A stretch of DNA of 64,000 bases from Bacteroidota bacterium (lineage in GTDB: Bacteria; Bacteroidota; Ignavibacteria; UBA10030; UBA8401), in NCBI GenBank assembly GCA_041658205.1, contig JBBAAO010000001.1, forward strand, positions 710,800-774,799. Direction: 5' to 3'. Made by a program: the position numbers and the translations under genes. This document shows positions 39,085-48,302 of the stretch, piece by piece; the stretch's first letter is position 1, and the number at the start of each line of letters is the position of its first letter. A model generated the notes under the pieces. That model searched no databases and had not been told where the DNA came from. It saw only the letters and a list, made by a program, of their open reading frames with translations.

Positions 39085-41343
39085 ATGAAAATACGAGAGC
39101 AAGATGCGCTTGACTATCACAGTCAAGGGCGCAAAGGTAAACTAGAAGTAACACCCACAAAACCATTTTCCACTCAGCGCGATCTTTCCCTAGCATACAC
39201 CCCCGGAGTAGCCGTTCCTTGTTTAGCAATCGAAAAAAATCCTGAAGATGTCTATAAATACACCGCCAAAGGAAATCTTGTTGCTGTTGTTTCCAATGGA
39301 ACGGCCGTTCTTGGGCTTGGCAACATCGGTCCGGAAGCTGGGAAGCCCGTCATGGAAGGGAAAGCAGTGTTGTTCAAAAAATTTGCTGATATCGATGTGT
39401 TTGATATTGAGATTAATGCCAAAACACCGGATGAGATCATCAAAGTGGTGCAGGCACTCGAACCAACGTTTGGCGGTATTAATCTTGAAGATATCAAAGC
39501 GCCGGATTGTTTTATTGTTGAAGAAGAACTTCGCAAAACAATGAAGATTCCCGTGTTTCATGACGATCAGCATGGCACAGCAATTATTACTGCAGCTGCT
39601 CTCATCAATGCGTTAGAAATTGCAAAGAAGAAAATCGATGAAGTGAAGGTGGTGTATAATGGTGCGGGTGCTGCTGCTATCGCTTGCGCCAATCTGCAGA
39701 TTGCTCTTGGTGTGAAAAAAGAGAATCTGATTATGTGCGATACCAAAGGAGTCATCTATAAAGGTCGTAAGAATGATATGAACCCGTACAAAGAGAAGTT
39801 CATGAACGATACAGCGGCAAGAACTGTCGGGGAAGCACTCGTTGGTGCCGATGTCTTTGTTGGTCTTTCCGCGAAAGACAGTATTACGAAAGAAATGGTG
39901 AAAACGATGGCGCCCAACGCAATTGTTTTTGCCATGGCAAATCCAGACCCTGAAGTTTCTCCTGAAGATGTAGCAAGCGTTCGCAATGATGTGATTATGG
40001 CAACTGGCCGTTCAGATTATGCAAACCAGGTGAACAATGTGTTAGGATTCCCATTTATTTTCCGCGGCGCACTGGACGTTCGAGCAACTACCATCAACGA
40101 GGAGATGAAGAAAGCTGCTGTGAAGGCACTCTCTGCGCTAGCCAAAGAGGATGTTCCAGATTCGGTTATCAAAGCGTACGGCGGAAAACCGATCATCTTT
40201 GGAAAAGATTATATCATTCCAAAACCACTCGATCCGCGCGCACTTCGTCATGTGGCAACTGCTGTGGCAAAAGCGGCGGTCGATAGCGGTGTTGCCCGTG
40301 TACTTATTCCTGATTGGGAAAAATACGGCGATAAATTGGAAGAACGACTCGGCCGCTCAAAACGCTTTACGAACTTGTTGTTCATGAAAGCGCGACAAAA
40401 TCCAAAACGAATTATTTTCCCGGAAGGGGATGAAGAAAAAATTCTCAGAGCGGCACAGATTCTCGTCGATCAGAATATTGCTCAGCCGATCCTTGTCGGG
40501 AACGAAGAAAAAATCCAAAAGGTTATTAAGGATCTTCATTTGGAATTTGATGCACACGTAGAGATCGTTGATCCGAAAACGTTTCCGCAGAAAGATCAAT
40601 TTGTGGAAGAGTATTATAAACTTCGCCAGCGCAAAGGTGCAACACATTATTATGCGGAACGAACCATGCAGCAGCGTTTTTATTTTTCCATGATGATGGT
40701 TCGTCTTGGCTATGCCGATGGTGTTATTGCTGGATTGACAACGAACTATCCCGACACGATTCGTCCCGCACTTCACGTGATCGGCATGAGGCAAAATATT
40801 AAGAACGTTTCCGGAATGTATGCCGTGATTGCAAAGAAAGGAACGTATTTCTTCTCCGATACAACGGTGAACATCGATCCTGATGCTGAAACACTCGCCG
40901 AGATTGCCTTGTTGACATCGGAAACCGTGCAGCGATTTGATGTCGATCCGAGAGTTGCTATGTTGTCCTTCAGTAATTTTGGTAGCACCAAACATCCACG
41001 ATCCGAAAAAATAAAGCGTGCTGTGGAAATCATCAAAACAAGAAATCCTAAATTGATGGTTGATGGCGAAATGCAGGCAGATACAGCGGTAACGCCTGAA
41101 TTGCTTGAAAAGGAATTTCCGTTTAGTTCACTAAAAGGTGCGGCGAATGTTCTTATTTTCCCGAGCCTGAATTCAGCAAATATCGCCTATAAATTGATGG
41201 GCCGAATCGGTGAAGCAGAACTTATTGGACCGATCCTGATGGGAATGGCAAAACCGGTTCATGTATTACAACGAGGTGCTGAAGTAACGGATATTGTGAA
41301 CATGGCAGCGATCTGCGCTGTTGATGCTATCGAAATCCAATAG
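39085..41343 (+). CDS. maeB: NADP-dependent malic enzyme (MaeB type, with a C-terminal phosphotransacetylase-like domain)
   Basis: 752 aa. Malic enzyme N-terminal and NAD-binding domains (GNLVAVVSNGTAVLGLGNIG) plus a C-terminal PTA-like domain. Confidence 0.9.
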   Translation: MKIREQDALDYHSQGRKGKLEVTPTKPFSTQRDLSLAYTPGVAVPCLAIEKNPEDVYKYTAKGNLVAVVSNGTAVLGLGNIGPEAGKPVMEGKAVLFKKFADIDVFDIEINAKTPDEIIKVVQALEPTFGGINLEDIKAPDCFIVEEELRKTMKIPVFHDDQHGTAIITAAALINALEIAKKKIDEVKVVYNGAGAAAIACANLQIALGVKKENLIMCDTKGVIYKGRKNDMNPYKEKFMNDTAARTVGEALVGADVFVGLSAKDSITKEMVKTMAPNAIVFAMANPDPEVSPEDVASVRNDVIMATGRSDYANQVNNVLGFPFIFRGALDVRATTINEEMKKAAVKALSALAKEDVPDSVIKAYGGKPIIFGKDYIIPKPLDPRALRHVATAVAKAAVDSGVARVLIPDWEKYGDKLEERLGRSKRFTNLLFMKARQNPKRIIFPEGDEEKILRAAQILVDQNIAQPILVGNEEKIQKVIKDLHLEFDAHVEIVDPKTFPQKDQFVEEYYKLRQRKGATHYYAERTMQQRFYFSMMMVRLGYADGVIAGLTTNYPDTIRPALHVIGMRQNIKNVSGMYAVIAKKGTYFFSDTTVNIDPDAETLAEIALLTSETVQRFDVDPRVAMLSFSNFGSTKHPRSEKIKRAVEIIKTRNPKLMVDGEMQADTAVTPELLEKEFPFSSLKGAANVLIFPSLNSANIAYKLMGRIGEAELIGPILMGMAKPVHVLQRGAEVTDIVNMAAICAVDAIEIQ

Positions 41344-41379
41344 ATTAACTCTTCCACGATATTCTGTGGAACAGTTGGT

Positions 41380-41438
41380 CGGTAAATTTGTCTTAGGTGT
41401 CAACTAAACTTAGAGTTGGTATAGCGTGTCTAAGTTGA
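41380..41438. promoter_or_regulatory. Perfect 16-bp inverted repeat (gtcttaggtgtcaact ... agttgacacctaagac) with an inner small palindrome, upstream of the efflux operon; candidate operator or structured RNA
   Basis: Read directly from the sequence. Lies between maeB and the adaptor gene. Not followed by a T-run. Confidence 0.45.
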
Positions 41439-41460
41439 CACCTAAGACTATTACAATATC

Positions 41461-42759
41461 ATGAAAAAAATAACTCTTCTTATTGTTGCACTATCATTAC
41501 TCGGCGGAACTACTGGATATTATTTCTATTCTAAGAATGGAGTCGAAGAAGTTCAATTCCGAACCGAAAAAGTTTCGAAAGGAGATATTCAAGTTGTTGT
41601 CACTGCTACCGGAACGCTCAGCGCAGTGCGGACAGTGCAAGTCGGTTCGCAGGTTTCGGGAACTCTTCAAAAAGTGAATGTCGATTTCAACGATAAAGTG
41701 AAACAGGGACAGATCGTTGCACAGATCGATCCGACATTTTTGGAAGCCAGCGTGCGAGATGCGGAAGCGAGTTTGCAACGGACTACCGCACAATACAATG
41801 AAGCGAAACGAAGCTATGAACGGGTCAAAACACTCGTTGATAAAAATCTGGCGTCGCAGGCAGACTACGATGCAGCACTGGCACAGTTCGAAGCAAACGA
41901 CGCTGCAAGGAAACAATCTGTTGCTCAAGTTGAGCGGGCCAAAATTAATCTTCGCTACGCTACCATCAAATCGCCAATCGATGGAGTCATTATCTCGCGG
42001 GCAGTCGATGTCGGCCAGACCGTGGCGGCAAGCCTTTCTGCCCCGACGTTATTCACCATAGCCAATGATTTGACAAAGATGCAGGTTCAGGCAAATGTTG
42101 ATGAAGCAGATATTGGAAAAGTTGAAGAAGAACAAGAAGTATCCTTTACCGTTGATGCATATCCGGAACAAACATTTCGAGGAAAAGTAAGACAGGTTCG
42201 ACTTTCGCCAAAAGTAGAACAGAATGTTGTCAATTATACCGTCATCATCGATGTGCCTAATCCGGATTTGAAATTGATGCCAGGAATGACCGCTACTGTC
42301 ACAATCCAAATAACGAAGAAAGAGTCGGTCCTCAAAATTCCGACTGTTGCCCTACGATTTAATCCACCGGAGGCGTATATCGAACAACGAAAAGACTCCT
42401 CCCAATCCCAAAACGGAGGAGATGATTCAGCGCGAGCAGAACGGAGAAAACAGTGGATGGAAAGGATGCAGCGAGAAGGGGGCGTACCTGGTGGATCCGA
42501 TCCTCAGGCTATGCAGCGCAGAATGCAATCCCGAGGCATCAATCGTGTATGGATAATGAATGAGCGGAAGAAACTTGAACCTGTTATGGTTCGTACCGGC
42601 ATTTCGGACGGAACGTTTACCGAAGTGGTGCGAGGGAAGATTGAAGAAGGACAAGAGATTATAGTCGGTACAATTGCACAGCGCTCTCAATCACAACAAA
42701 CGAACTCATCTCCATTCAATCAACAACGCCAAGGCGGCGGCATGCCGCGAAGATTCTAA
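41461..42759 (+). CDS. Efflux transporter periplasmic adaptor subunit (HlyD/MacA family)
   Basis: 432 aa. N-terminal TM anchor, coiled-coil, and a biotinyl/lipoyl-like and beta-barrel domain pattern. Gly/Gln-rich C-terminal tail. Confidence 0.8.
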   Translation: MKKITLLIVALSLLGGTTGYYFYSKNGVEEVQFRTEKVSKGDIQVVVTATGTLSAVRTVQVGSQVSGTLQKVNVDFNDKVKQGQIVAQIDPTFLEASVRDAEASLQRTTAQYNEAKRSYERVKTLVDKNLASQADYDAALAQFEANDAARKQSVAQVERAKINLRYATIKSPIDGVIISRAVDVGQTVAASLSAPTLFTIANDLTKMQVQANVDEADIGKVEEEQEVSFTVDAYPEQTFRGKVRQVRLSPKVEQNVVNYTVIIDVPNPDLKLMPGMTATVTIQITKKESVLKIPTVALRFNPPEAYIEQRKDSSQSQNGGDDSARAERRKQWMERMQREGGVPGGSDPQAMQRRMQSRGINRVWIMNERKKLEPVMVRTGISDGTFTEVVRGKIEEGQEIIVGTIAQRSQSQQTNSSPFNQQRQGGGMPRRF

Positions 42760-42761
42760 CA

Positions 42762-43979
42762 ATGGGAATTTTCGATACGTTTGAAATTGCGTTGATTTCT
42801 CTTACGCGCAACAAGATCCGCTCGTTTCTGACGATGCTTGGAATCATCATTGGTGTCGGCGCAGTGATTGCGATGATGGCCGTGGGGACTGGTGCACAGG
42901 AAAGCATAAAACAGCAAATCGCGTCGCTCGGTACAAATGTGATTCTTATTTTTCCCGGATCATTCAATCAAGGAGGCGTGCGTGCAGGAACCGGTACCTC
43001 TGCTTCTATAACACCCGATGACCTTATTGCTATTCAAACACAATGTCCTTCCGTAGCGCTGGCAACTCCATCCGTTCGCGATGGCGCACAGATTGTTTAT
43101 CAGGAACAGAATTGGCGCGCAGGTGTTATTGGTGTAACACCGGAATATTTTACCATTCGAAGCTGGCCGGTCGGCAGTGGACAATACTTTACGGATGCTG
43201 ATGTTCGCGGCGCAACGAAAGTTTGCGTGATTGGTCAAACCATTGCTGATAATTTATTTAAAGGAGGCGATCCAATTGGTGCAATCATTCGCATAAAAAA
43301 AATGCCGTTTAAGATTGTTGGTGTGCTCTCACCCAAAGGGCAATCGGCACAAGGTTCAGATCAGGATGATATTATTATTGCACCATATACTACTGTGCAA
43401 AAAAAGATGACAGGACAGACATATCTTGGAAGTATCTTAGCATCTGCTACCACTGAAGAAGCAATGCAAGATGCACAAGCGCAAATCACAGAATTGCTTC
43501 GTGTGAGACACAAACTGCAGCCATGGGATGAGAATGATTTTACTGTCCGAAGTCAAACAGAGATCGCCACGGCGGCACAATCCACATCGCAAGTGTTGAC
43601 GATTTTACTTGCATCCATTGCGTCAATTTCACTTATTGTCGGCGGAATCGGGATCATGAATATCATGCTTGTTTCCGTTACAGAGCGGACAAAAGAGATT
43701 GGAATCAGAATGGCAATCGGTGCAACCGGAAAAAATATTCTCATGCAGTTTTTAATTGAAGCAATCGTCTTGAGTCTTCTCGGCGGTTTCATCGGTGTTT
43801 TACTTGGTCTTCTTTCTTCCAACCTTATTTCTGTGTTGGCAGGATGGACAACACGTGTCTCTCTCATGTCTATCATTTTAGCGTTTGCATTCTCTGCTGC
43901 TGTTGGAATTTTTTTTGGATTATACCCAGCACGAAAAGCGGCACAACTCAATCCTATTGATGCCCTTCGGTACGAATGA
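42762..43979 (+). CDS. ABC transporter permease (MacB/FtsX-like)
   Basis: 405 aa. MacB_PCD periplasmic domain followed by an FtsX four-TM C-terminus. No ATP-binding domain in this ORF. Confidence 0.8.
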   Translation: MGIFDTFEIALISLTRNKIRSFLTMLGIIIGVGAVIAMMAVGTGAQESIKQQIASLGTNVILIFPGSFNQGGVRAGTGTSASITPDDLIAIQTQCPSVALATPSVRDGAQIVYQEQNWRAGVIGVTPEYFTIRSWPVGSGQYFTDADVRGATKVCVIGQTIADNLFKGGDPIGAIIRIKKMPFKIVGVLSPKGQSAQGSDQDDIIIAPYTTVQKKMTGQTYLGSILASATTEEAMQDAQAQITELLRVRHKLQPWDENDFTVRSQTEIATAAQSTSQVLTILLASIASISLIVGGIGIMNIMLVSVTERTKEIGIRMAIGATGKNILMQFLIEAIVLSLLGGFIGVLLGLLSSNLISVLAGWTTRVSLMSIILAFAFSAAVGIFFGLYPARKAAQLNPIDALRYE

Positions 43980-44893
43980 CATCAAAGCCGCATATTACTT
44001 TTATTTTAAATCCAGTCGCTGGCCGCGGTAAGGCGAAGCATATTCAAGCTGCGCTGGAAGAGATGCTTCAACATTCGTCATTGAATTATGAGTTTCATCT
44101 TACCTCCGGACCGGGTGACGGGACAACGCTTGCAAGAGCTTCAAGCACTTCATCATCGATTGTTGTTGCTATCGGCGGTGATGGAACGGTGAACGAGGTT
44201 GCGTCAGGATTAGTCGGAACGAATGCTGCTCTGGCTGTCATGAGCGAAGGATCAGGGAATGATTTTGCACGGATCGTCAATGCCCCGAATAATCCAAAAG
44301 ATCTATTATGGTTACTCGAACATCCTCAGTTCAAACAATTCGACTCGGGAAAAATCAGGTTAACGCACGAAGACGGATCGATGAGTGAGCGGAGCTTTTT
44401 CAATTCAGTCGGACTTGGGTTTGACGCTGCTGTGGCAAAAAAAGTGAGCTCAATCCGTTGGCTCAAGGGAATTCCTCTGTATCTTACAGCATTGCTCCAA
44501 ACAGTTGCAGGATATAAGCCGCATTATTTTTTTGTGAAGCATCGCAATGAAATATGGCAGAAGAACTATTTTCTGCTCTGTATTGGCAACGGAAGATGGG
44601 AAGGGGGTGGATTCATGCTCACACCGAACGCACTTCCCGATGACGGAATTTTTGAAGTGTGCGGAGTGACAGGTGATTCAATTCTTAAAGTACTTCCTGT
44701 TTTGCCACTTGTGATGGCGGGAAAGCATCTAGGGAAAAAGTACATTGAAACTTTTGATGCGACCTCACTTGTTGTTGAAAGTAATGAAGGATTTCCGGTT
44801 CACGGTGATGGTGAAATTTTCGGCTTAAAAGTAAAAAAGACGGAAATTTCGCTAAATCCGAGATCATTGAATGTTGTCGTATCGCACAGTTGA
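43976..44893 (+). CDS. Diacylglycerol kinase catalytic-domain lipid kinase (YegS/BmrU family)
   Basis: 305 aa. DAGK_cat motifs (AIGGDGTVNEV, SEGSGNDFAR). Confidence 0.8.
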   Translation: MTSKPHITFILNPVAGRGKAKHIQAALEEMLQHSSLNYEFHLTSGPGDGTTLARASSTSSSIVVAIGGDGTVNEVASGLVGTNAALAVMSEGSGNDFARIVNAPNNPKDLLWLLEHPQFKQFDSGKIRLTHEDGSMSERSFFNSVGLGFDAAVAKKVSSIRWLKGIPLYLTALLQTVAGYKPHYFFVKHRNEIWQKNYFLLCIGNGRWEGGGFMLTPNALPDDGIFEVCGVTGDSILKVLPVLPLVMAGKHLGKKYIETFDATSLVVESNEGFPVHGDGEIFGLKVKKTEISLNPRSLNVVVSHS

Positions 44894-44966
44894 TATTTAT
44901 TGTGTTTATTAGCTCTTGCGTTCGCAGTGAAATAATATATATTGCACAAATTAATTGTATTGACCT

Positions 44967-45296
44967 ATGGCACCTCCAAATAAAAATACTCCGAAACGCA
45001 ATGAAGAGATGCGCAAGTATGTCTTACGACGGGATAAGATGTGCTGCCAATGGCCAGGATGCGGAAGCACACTGAACATTGATGTTCTTTTCTTGATTGA
45101 AACGGATAATGAAACTCCGCCTGATAATTCCCTCTTTTATAAAAACGGTGTAACGTTATGTCCGAAACACATGGAAATTGTAAATTTGCATGACAAAGCG
45201 TTTGGTCCTTTGATCTTTGATCTGATTCAGTTAGTAGAGTTTGAAAGGGATCTGCAGGAAACTGAAAAGGAGTATAAGGAACTCTTGAGCAAATAA
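44967..45296 (+). CDS. Small Cys-rich protein with a degenerate HNH-like zinc-finger arrangement
   Basis: 109 aa. RRDKMCCQWPGCGS ... NGVTLCPKHMEI resembles an HNH/zinc-ribbon layout, but the expected catalytic His is replaced (NIDVLFLIE). Confidence 0.3.
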   Translation: MAPPNKNTPKRNEEMRKYVLRRDKMCCQWPGCGSTLNIDVLFLIETDNETPPDNSLFYKNGVTLCPKHMEIVNLHDKAFGPLIFDLIQLVEFERDLQETEKEYKELLSK

Positions 45297-45304
45297 CAGT
45301 TCAA

Positions 45305-45370
45305 TTGAACAACAGCAACATTTTTGTTATACTGTATCCGTCCTGATAAGGATGGATTTTTTTATTTTTA
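45305..45370 (+). promoter_or_regulatory. Sigma-70-like promoter (TTGAAC, 17-nt spacer, TGtTATACT) immediately followed by a hairpin plus T-run, upstream of metF
   Basis: Putative -35 at 45305-45310. Extended -10 at 45325-45333. Hairpin atccgtcct/aggatggat at 45336-45357, followed by TTTTTTTATTTTT. Confidence 0.45.
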
Positions 45371-45383
45371 GGGAGAGTAGTGA

Positions 45384-46292
45384 ATGCATATTGCAGAAAT
45401 TCTTAAACAACAAGCGCCGCATTTTAGTTTTGAATTTTTTCCGCCAAAAACAGAAGAGGCTTCAAAAATATTATTTGAGTCTATTAAAGAACTGACACCG
45501 TTAAAACCTTCCTACGTCAGTGTAACATACGGTGCGGGAGGATCAACCAGACAGTTAACACACGATCTGATTGTGCGATTACAAAAAGAGACACAGTTGA
45601 CCATTGTTTCACATCTTACCTGTGTAGGATCCACAAAGGATGAAATCAGAGAGATTCTTACCAAGTATGATGCTAATGGTATACAAAATATTATGGCACT
45701 TCGCGGAGATCCGCCGAAAGGGCAGTCACAATTTGTGCAGACAGAAAATGGTTTTGCCTATGCTGCAGAGATGGTGACATTCATTAAAAAACATTTTCCC
45801 AGGATGGGAGTTGGTGTTGCCGGTTTTCCCGAGGGACATCCCAATACCCCGAATCGTTTGAAAGAGATCGACAATCTAAAAGCAAAAGTGGATGCAGGCG
45901 CGGACTATATCTGCACTCAATTGTTTTTTGAAAATCGTGACTACTATGATTTTTGTGAGCGATGTGACATTGCGGGAATAAAAGTTCCGATCATCGCCGG
46001 AATTATGCCAGTAACATCCCGAAAAGGGTTTGCACGCATGGCAGATCTTGCGCTTGGTGCTCGATTTCCTGCGAAACTCCTTCGTGCTGTTTCCCGCGCT
46101 GAAGATGACGAATCTGTAGAGAAGGTCGGAATCCATTGGGCAACAGAGCAAGTGCGGGACTTGATCGATCGCAACGTTGCGGGGATTCATTTCTACACAC
46201 TCAATCGATCAAAACCAACCTTGAAAATTTACGACTCTCTAGGAATCAAATCATCTGATAGTTTGCGAAAAGCACCTGTTCCGTTATCATAA
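45384..46292 (+). CDS. metF: 5,10-methylenetetrahydrofolate reductase
   Basis: 302 aa. MTHFR TIM-barrel motifs (FEFFPPKT, VTYGAGGST, ALRGDPP). Confidence 0.85.
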   Translation: MHIAEILKQQAPHFSFEFFPPKTEEASKILFESIKELTPLKPSYVSVTYGAGGSTRQLTHDLIVRLQKETQLTIVSHLTCVGSTKDEIREILTKYDANGIQNIMALRGDPPKGQSQFVQTENGFAYAAEMVTFIKKHFPRMGVGVAGFPEGHPNTPNRLKEIDNLKAKVDAGADYICTQLFFENRDYYDFCERCDIAGIKVPIIAGIMPVTSRKGFARMADLALGARFPAKLLRAVSRAEDDESVEKVGIHWATEQVRDLIDRNVAGIHFYTLNRSKPTLKIYDSLGIKSSDSLRKAPVPLS

Positions 46293-46313
46293 TTTTAGTG
46301 GAGTGTTATTCCC

Positions 46314-46949
46314 GTGGTGGATATTGTTGAAGAATTAGTCACCATTGCACATCGCATCGAAGCAAAAGGATTTGTTGTTGCAACGGATGGAAATATCAGC
46401 ACTCGTTTGCCCAATGGGAATATTCTTGCAACACCGACTTCGCTGAACAAAGGATTTGTTCAGAAAGATGATCTTGTCGAATTGACGATGGATGGAAAAC
46501 AAATTCGTGGGACAAGAAAATCATCCACGGAAATGAAAATGCATCTGTTCATCTATCAGCATCGAAGCGATGTAAACGCTGTTGTTCATTGTCATCCTGT
46601 TTATGCAACAGGTTTTGCTGCTGCCGGAATTCCGTTCAAGGAAAATGTCTTTCCCGAAGTGATCGTTAATTTAGGAACGATTCCGCTTGCACCGTATGCA
46701 ACACCTTCAACAGATGAACTTGGTGAATCCCTTTTACCCTTTGTAAAAAACCATAATGCTATTCTTCTTACAAATCATGGTGTTGTAACGTATGGGAAAG
46801 ATCTTTGGGACGCATATTTCAAAATGGAAAAAGTGGAACAGATTGCGCAGATGTTGTTTGTGGCCGAATCATTAGGCGGGGCGAAACAGTTGAATAGTGA
46901 ACAGATTGCAAGATTGCGGTTGCTTTCGGAAACCGTTTATAAAAAATAA
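46314..46949 (+). CDS. Class II aldolase/adducin family protein (fuculose-phosphate aldolase / methylthioribulose-1-P dehydratase-like)
   Basis: 211 aa with a GTG start. Conserved regions HCHPVYATGFAAAG and LLTNHGVVTYG. Confidence 0.75.
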   Translation: MVDIVEELVTIAHRIEAKGFVVATDGNISTRLPNGNILATPTSLNKGFVQKDDLVELTMDGKQIRGTRKSSTEMKMHLFIYQHRSDVNAVVHCHPVYATGFAAAGIPFKENVFPEVIVNLGTIPLAPYATPSTDELGESLLPFVKNHNAILLTNHGVVTYGKDLWDAYFKMEKVEQIAQMLFVAESLGGAKQLNSEQIARLRLLSETVYKK

Positions 46950-46956
46950 GGCATTC

Positions 46957-47880
46957 ATGAAAATTATTCTCACTATGGCAATCATTGTTTGCTTCAGTGC
47001 CGCACAAACACAAAACGAATTCCCTGCTTCAAATCCGGACAAAATTCTTTCAAAAAAACTTCAGGATTTGCTCACTGGTTTTCGAGGAGAGTATGGAGTG
47101 TATGTTCGTCATTTGAAAACCGGAAAAACAGTAGAGATCAATGCAGACTCATTGTTTCCAACGGCGAGTATGATAAAAGTTCCGATCATGACGGGGGTAT
47201 TTGATAAGATTGAAAAAGGTGATCTGAAATATGATTCCTTGCTGGTGTTCAGAGATTCATTGATTTATCCGGGAGAGGATATTACCGGATCGCTGAAAGA
47301 TTCCTCAAGAATATTGTTGAGCAAAATTGTGATGCTTATGATCACCACAAGTGATAATACCGCAAGTCTGTGGTGTCAATTTTTGGCAGGAACAGGTACA
47401 CGCATTAATGAGATTATGGAAGTGAATGGATTCAAGGTAACTCGTGTGAATTCCCGCACGCCAGGTAGAGAAGAAATGAGAACGCAGTATGGATGGGGTG
47501 TTACCACACCGAGAGAAATGGCCGAACTTGTTGTTAAGATACATCATGGAAAAATGATCACTCCATGGGTCAGCGAACGAATGTACCGGAATCTTGCCAG
47601 AATTTATTGGGATGGTGAGTCTCTTTCTGAATTACCGCCATACATTCATGCTGCATCAAAACAAGGTGCAGTAAATCAATCTCGATCAGAAGTAGTTCTT
47701 GTGAATGCGCCAAGCGGCGATTATGTTTTTTGTGTGATCACAAAAAATCAGGTGGATGAAAGCTGGGTGAATGAAAATGAAGGATATGTGCTGCTCAGAA
47801 ATGTTTCGCGCACGCTGTGGCAATATTTCGAACCGAACGACAAATGGAAATCGATGGAGCAATCGATGAGATACCATTGA
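46957..47880 (+). CDS. Class A beta-lactamase-related serine hydrolase, secreted
   Basis: Start trimmed to MKIILTMAIIVCFSAAQ. S-x-x-K (ASMIK) and SDN (TSDNTAS) motifs present. Confidence 0.7.
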   Translation: MKIILTMAIIVCFSAAQTQNEFPASNPDKILSKKLQDLLTGFRGEYGVYVRHLKTGKTVEINADSLFPTASMIKVPIMTGVFDKIEKGDLKYDSLLVFRDSLIYPGEDITGSLKDSSRILLSKIVMLMITTSDNTASLWCQFLAGTGTRINEIMEVNGFKVTRVNSRTPGREEMRTQYGWGVTTPREMAELVVKIHHGKMITPWVSERMYRNLARIYWDGESLSELPPYIHAASKQGAVNQSRSEVVLVNAPSGDYVFCVITKNQVDESWVNENEGYVLLRNVSRTLWQYFEPNDKWKSMEQSMRYH

Positions 47881-47883
47881 AAT

Positions 47884-47917
47884 TTAATCATTGTTTCATC
47901 GAATCATTGAATCATTT
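47884..47917. repeat. AT-rich heptamer-repeat arm (AATCATT-type). Inverted partner of the arm at 48298-48340, upstream of the four-helix-bundle gene.
   Basis: The reverse complement matches 26 of 34 positions of the downstream arm. Confidence 0.5.
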
Positions 47918-47930
47918 TTAGTTTTATTCA

Positions 47931-48302
47931 GTGGTGAACATGTATCAGTCAGAAGAGTTAAAACTTCGTTCAAAAAGGTTTGCGTTAAGCATTGTAGCAT
48001 TGTTTCAATCTTTGCCAAAATCTGACGATGCTCGTGTGTTAGGTAAACAAATGCTTAGATCCGGAACATCTGTTGCTGCTAATTACCGTGCAACATGTAG
48101 AGCAAGATCAAAAGCGGAATTTATTGCTAAGATTGGAATTGTTGTTGAAGAAGCAGACGAGACAGTTATGTGGTTGGAAATGCTTACGGATTCGAAAATT
48201 GTACCTTCTACAGTAACGGACTCTTTATTAAAAGAGGGGAATGAACTTCTTGCAATTTTTGCGGCTTCATATAATACTGCCAAGTATGGCAAAAACAAAT
48301 GA
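47931..48302 (+). CDS. Four-helix-bundle protein (23S rRNA intervening-sequence protein family, TIGR02436-like)
   Basis: 123 aa. The RFALSIV...GKQMLRSGTSVAANYRA...EFIAKIGIVVEEADET pattern is characteristic of this family. Confidence 0.8.
   Translation: MVNMYQSEELKLRSKRFALSIVALFQSLPKSDDARVLGKQMLRSGTSVAANYRATCRARSKAEFIAKIGIVVEEADETVMWLEMLTDSKIVPSTVTDSLLKEGNELLAIFAASYNTAKYGKNK

Noticed and set aside
40357-40995. 212-aa minus-strand ORF inside maeB
   Set aside because: Antisense to the malic enzyme gene. Cys/His-rich, low-complexity translation. No upstream signals.
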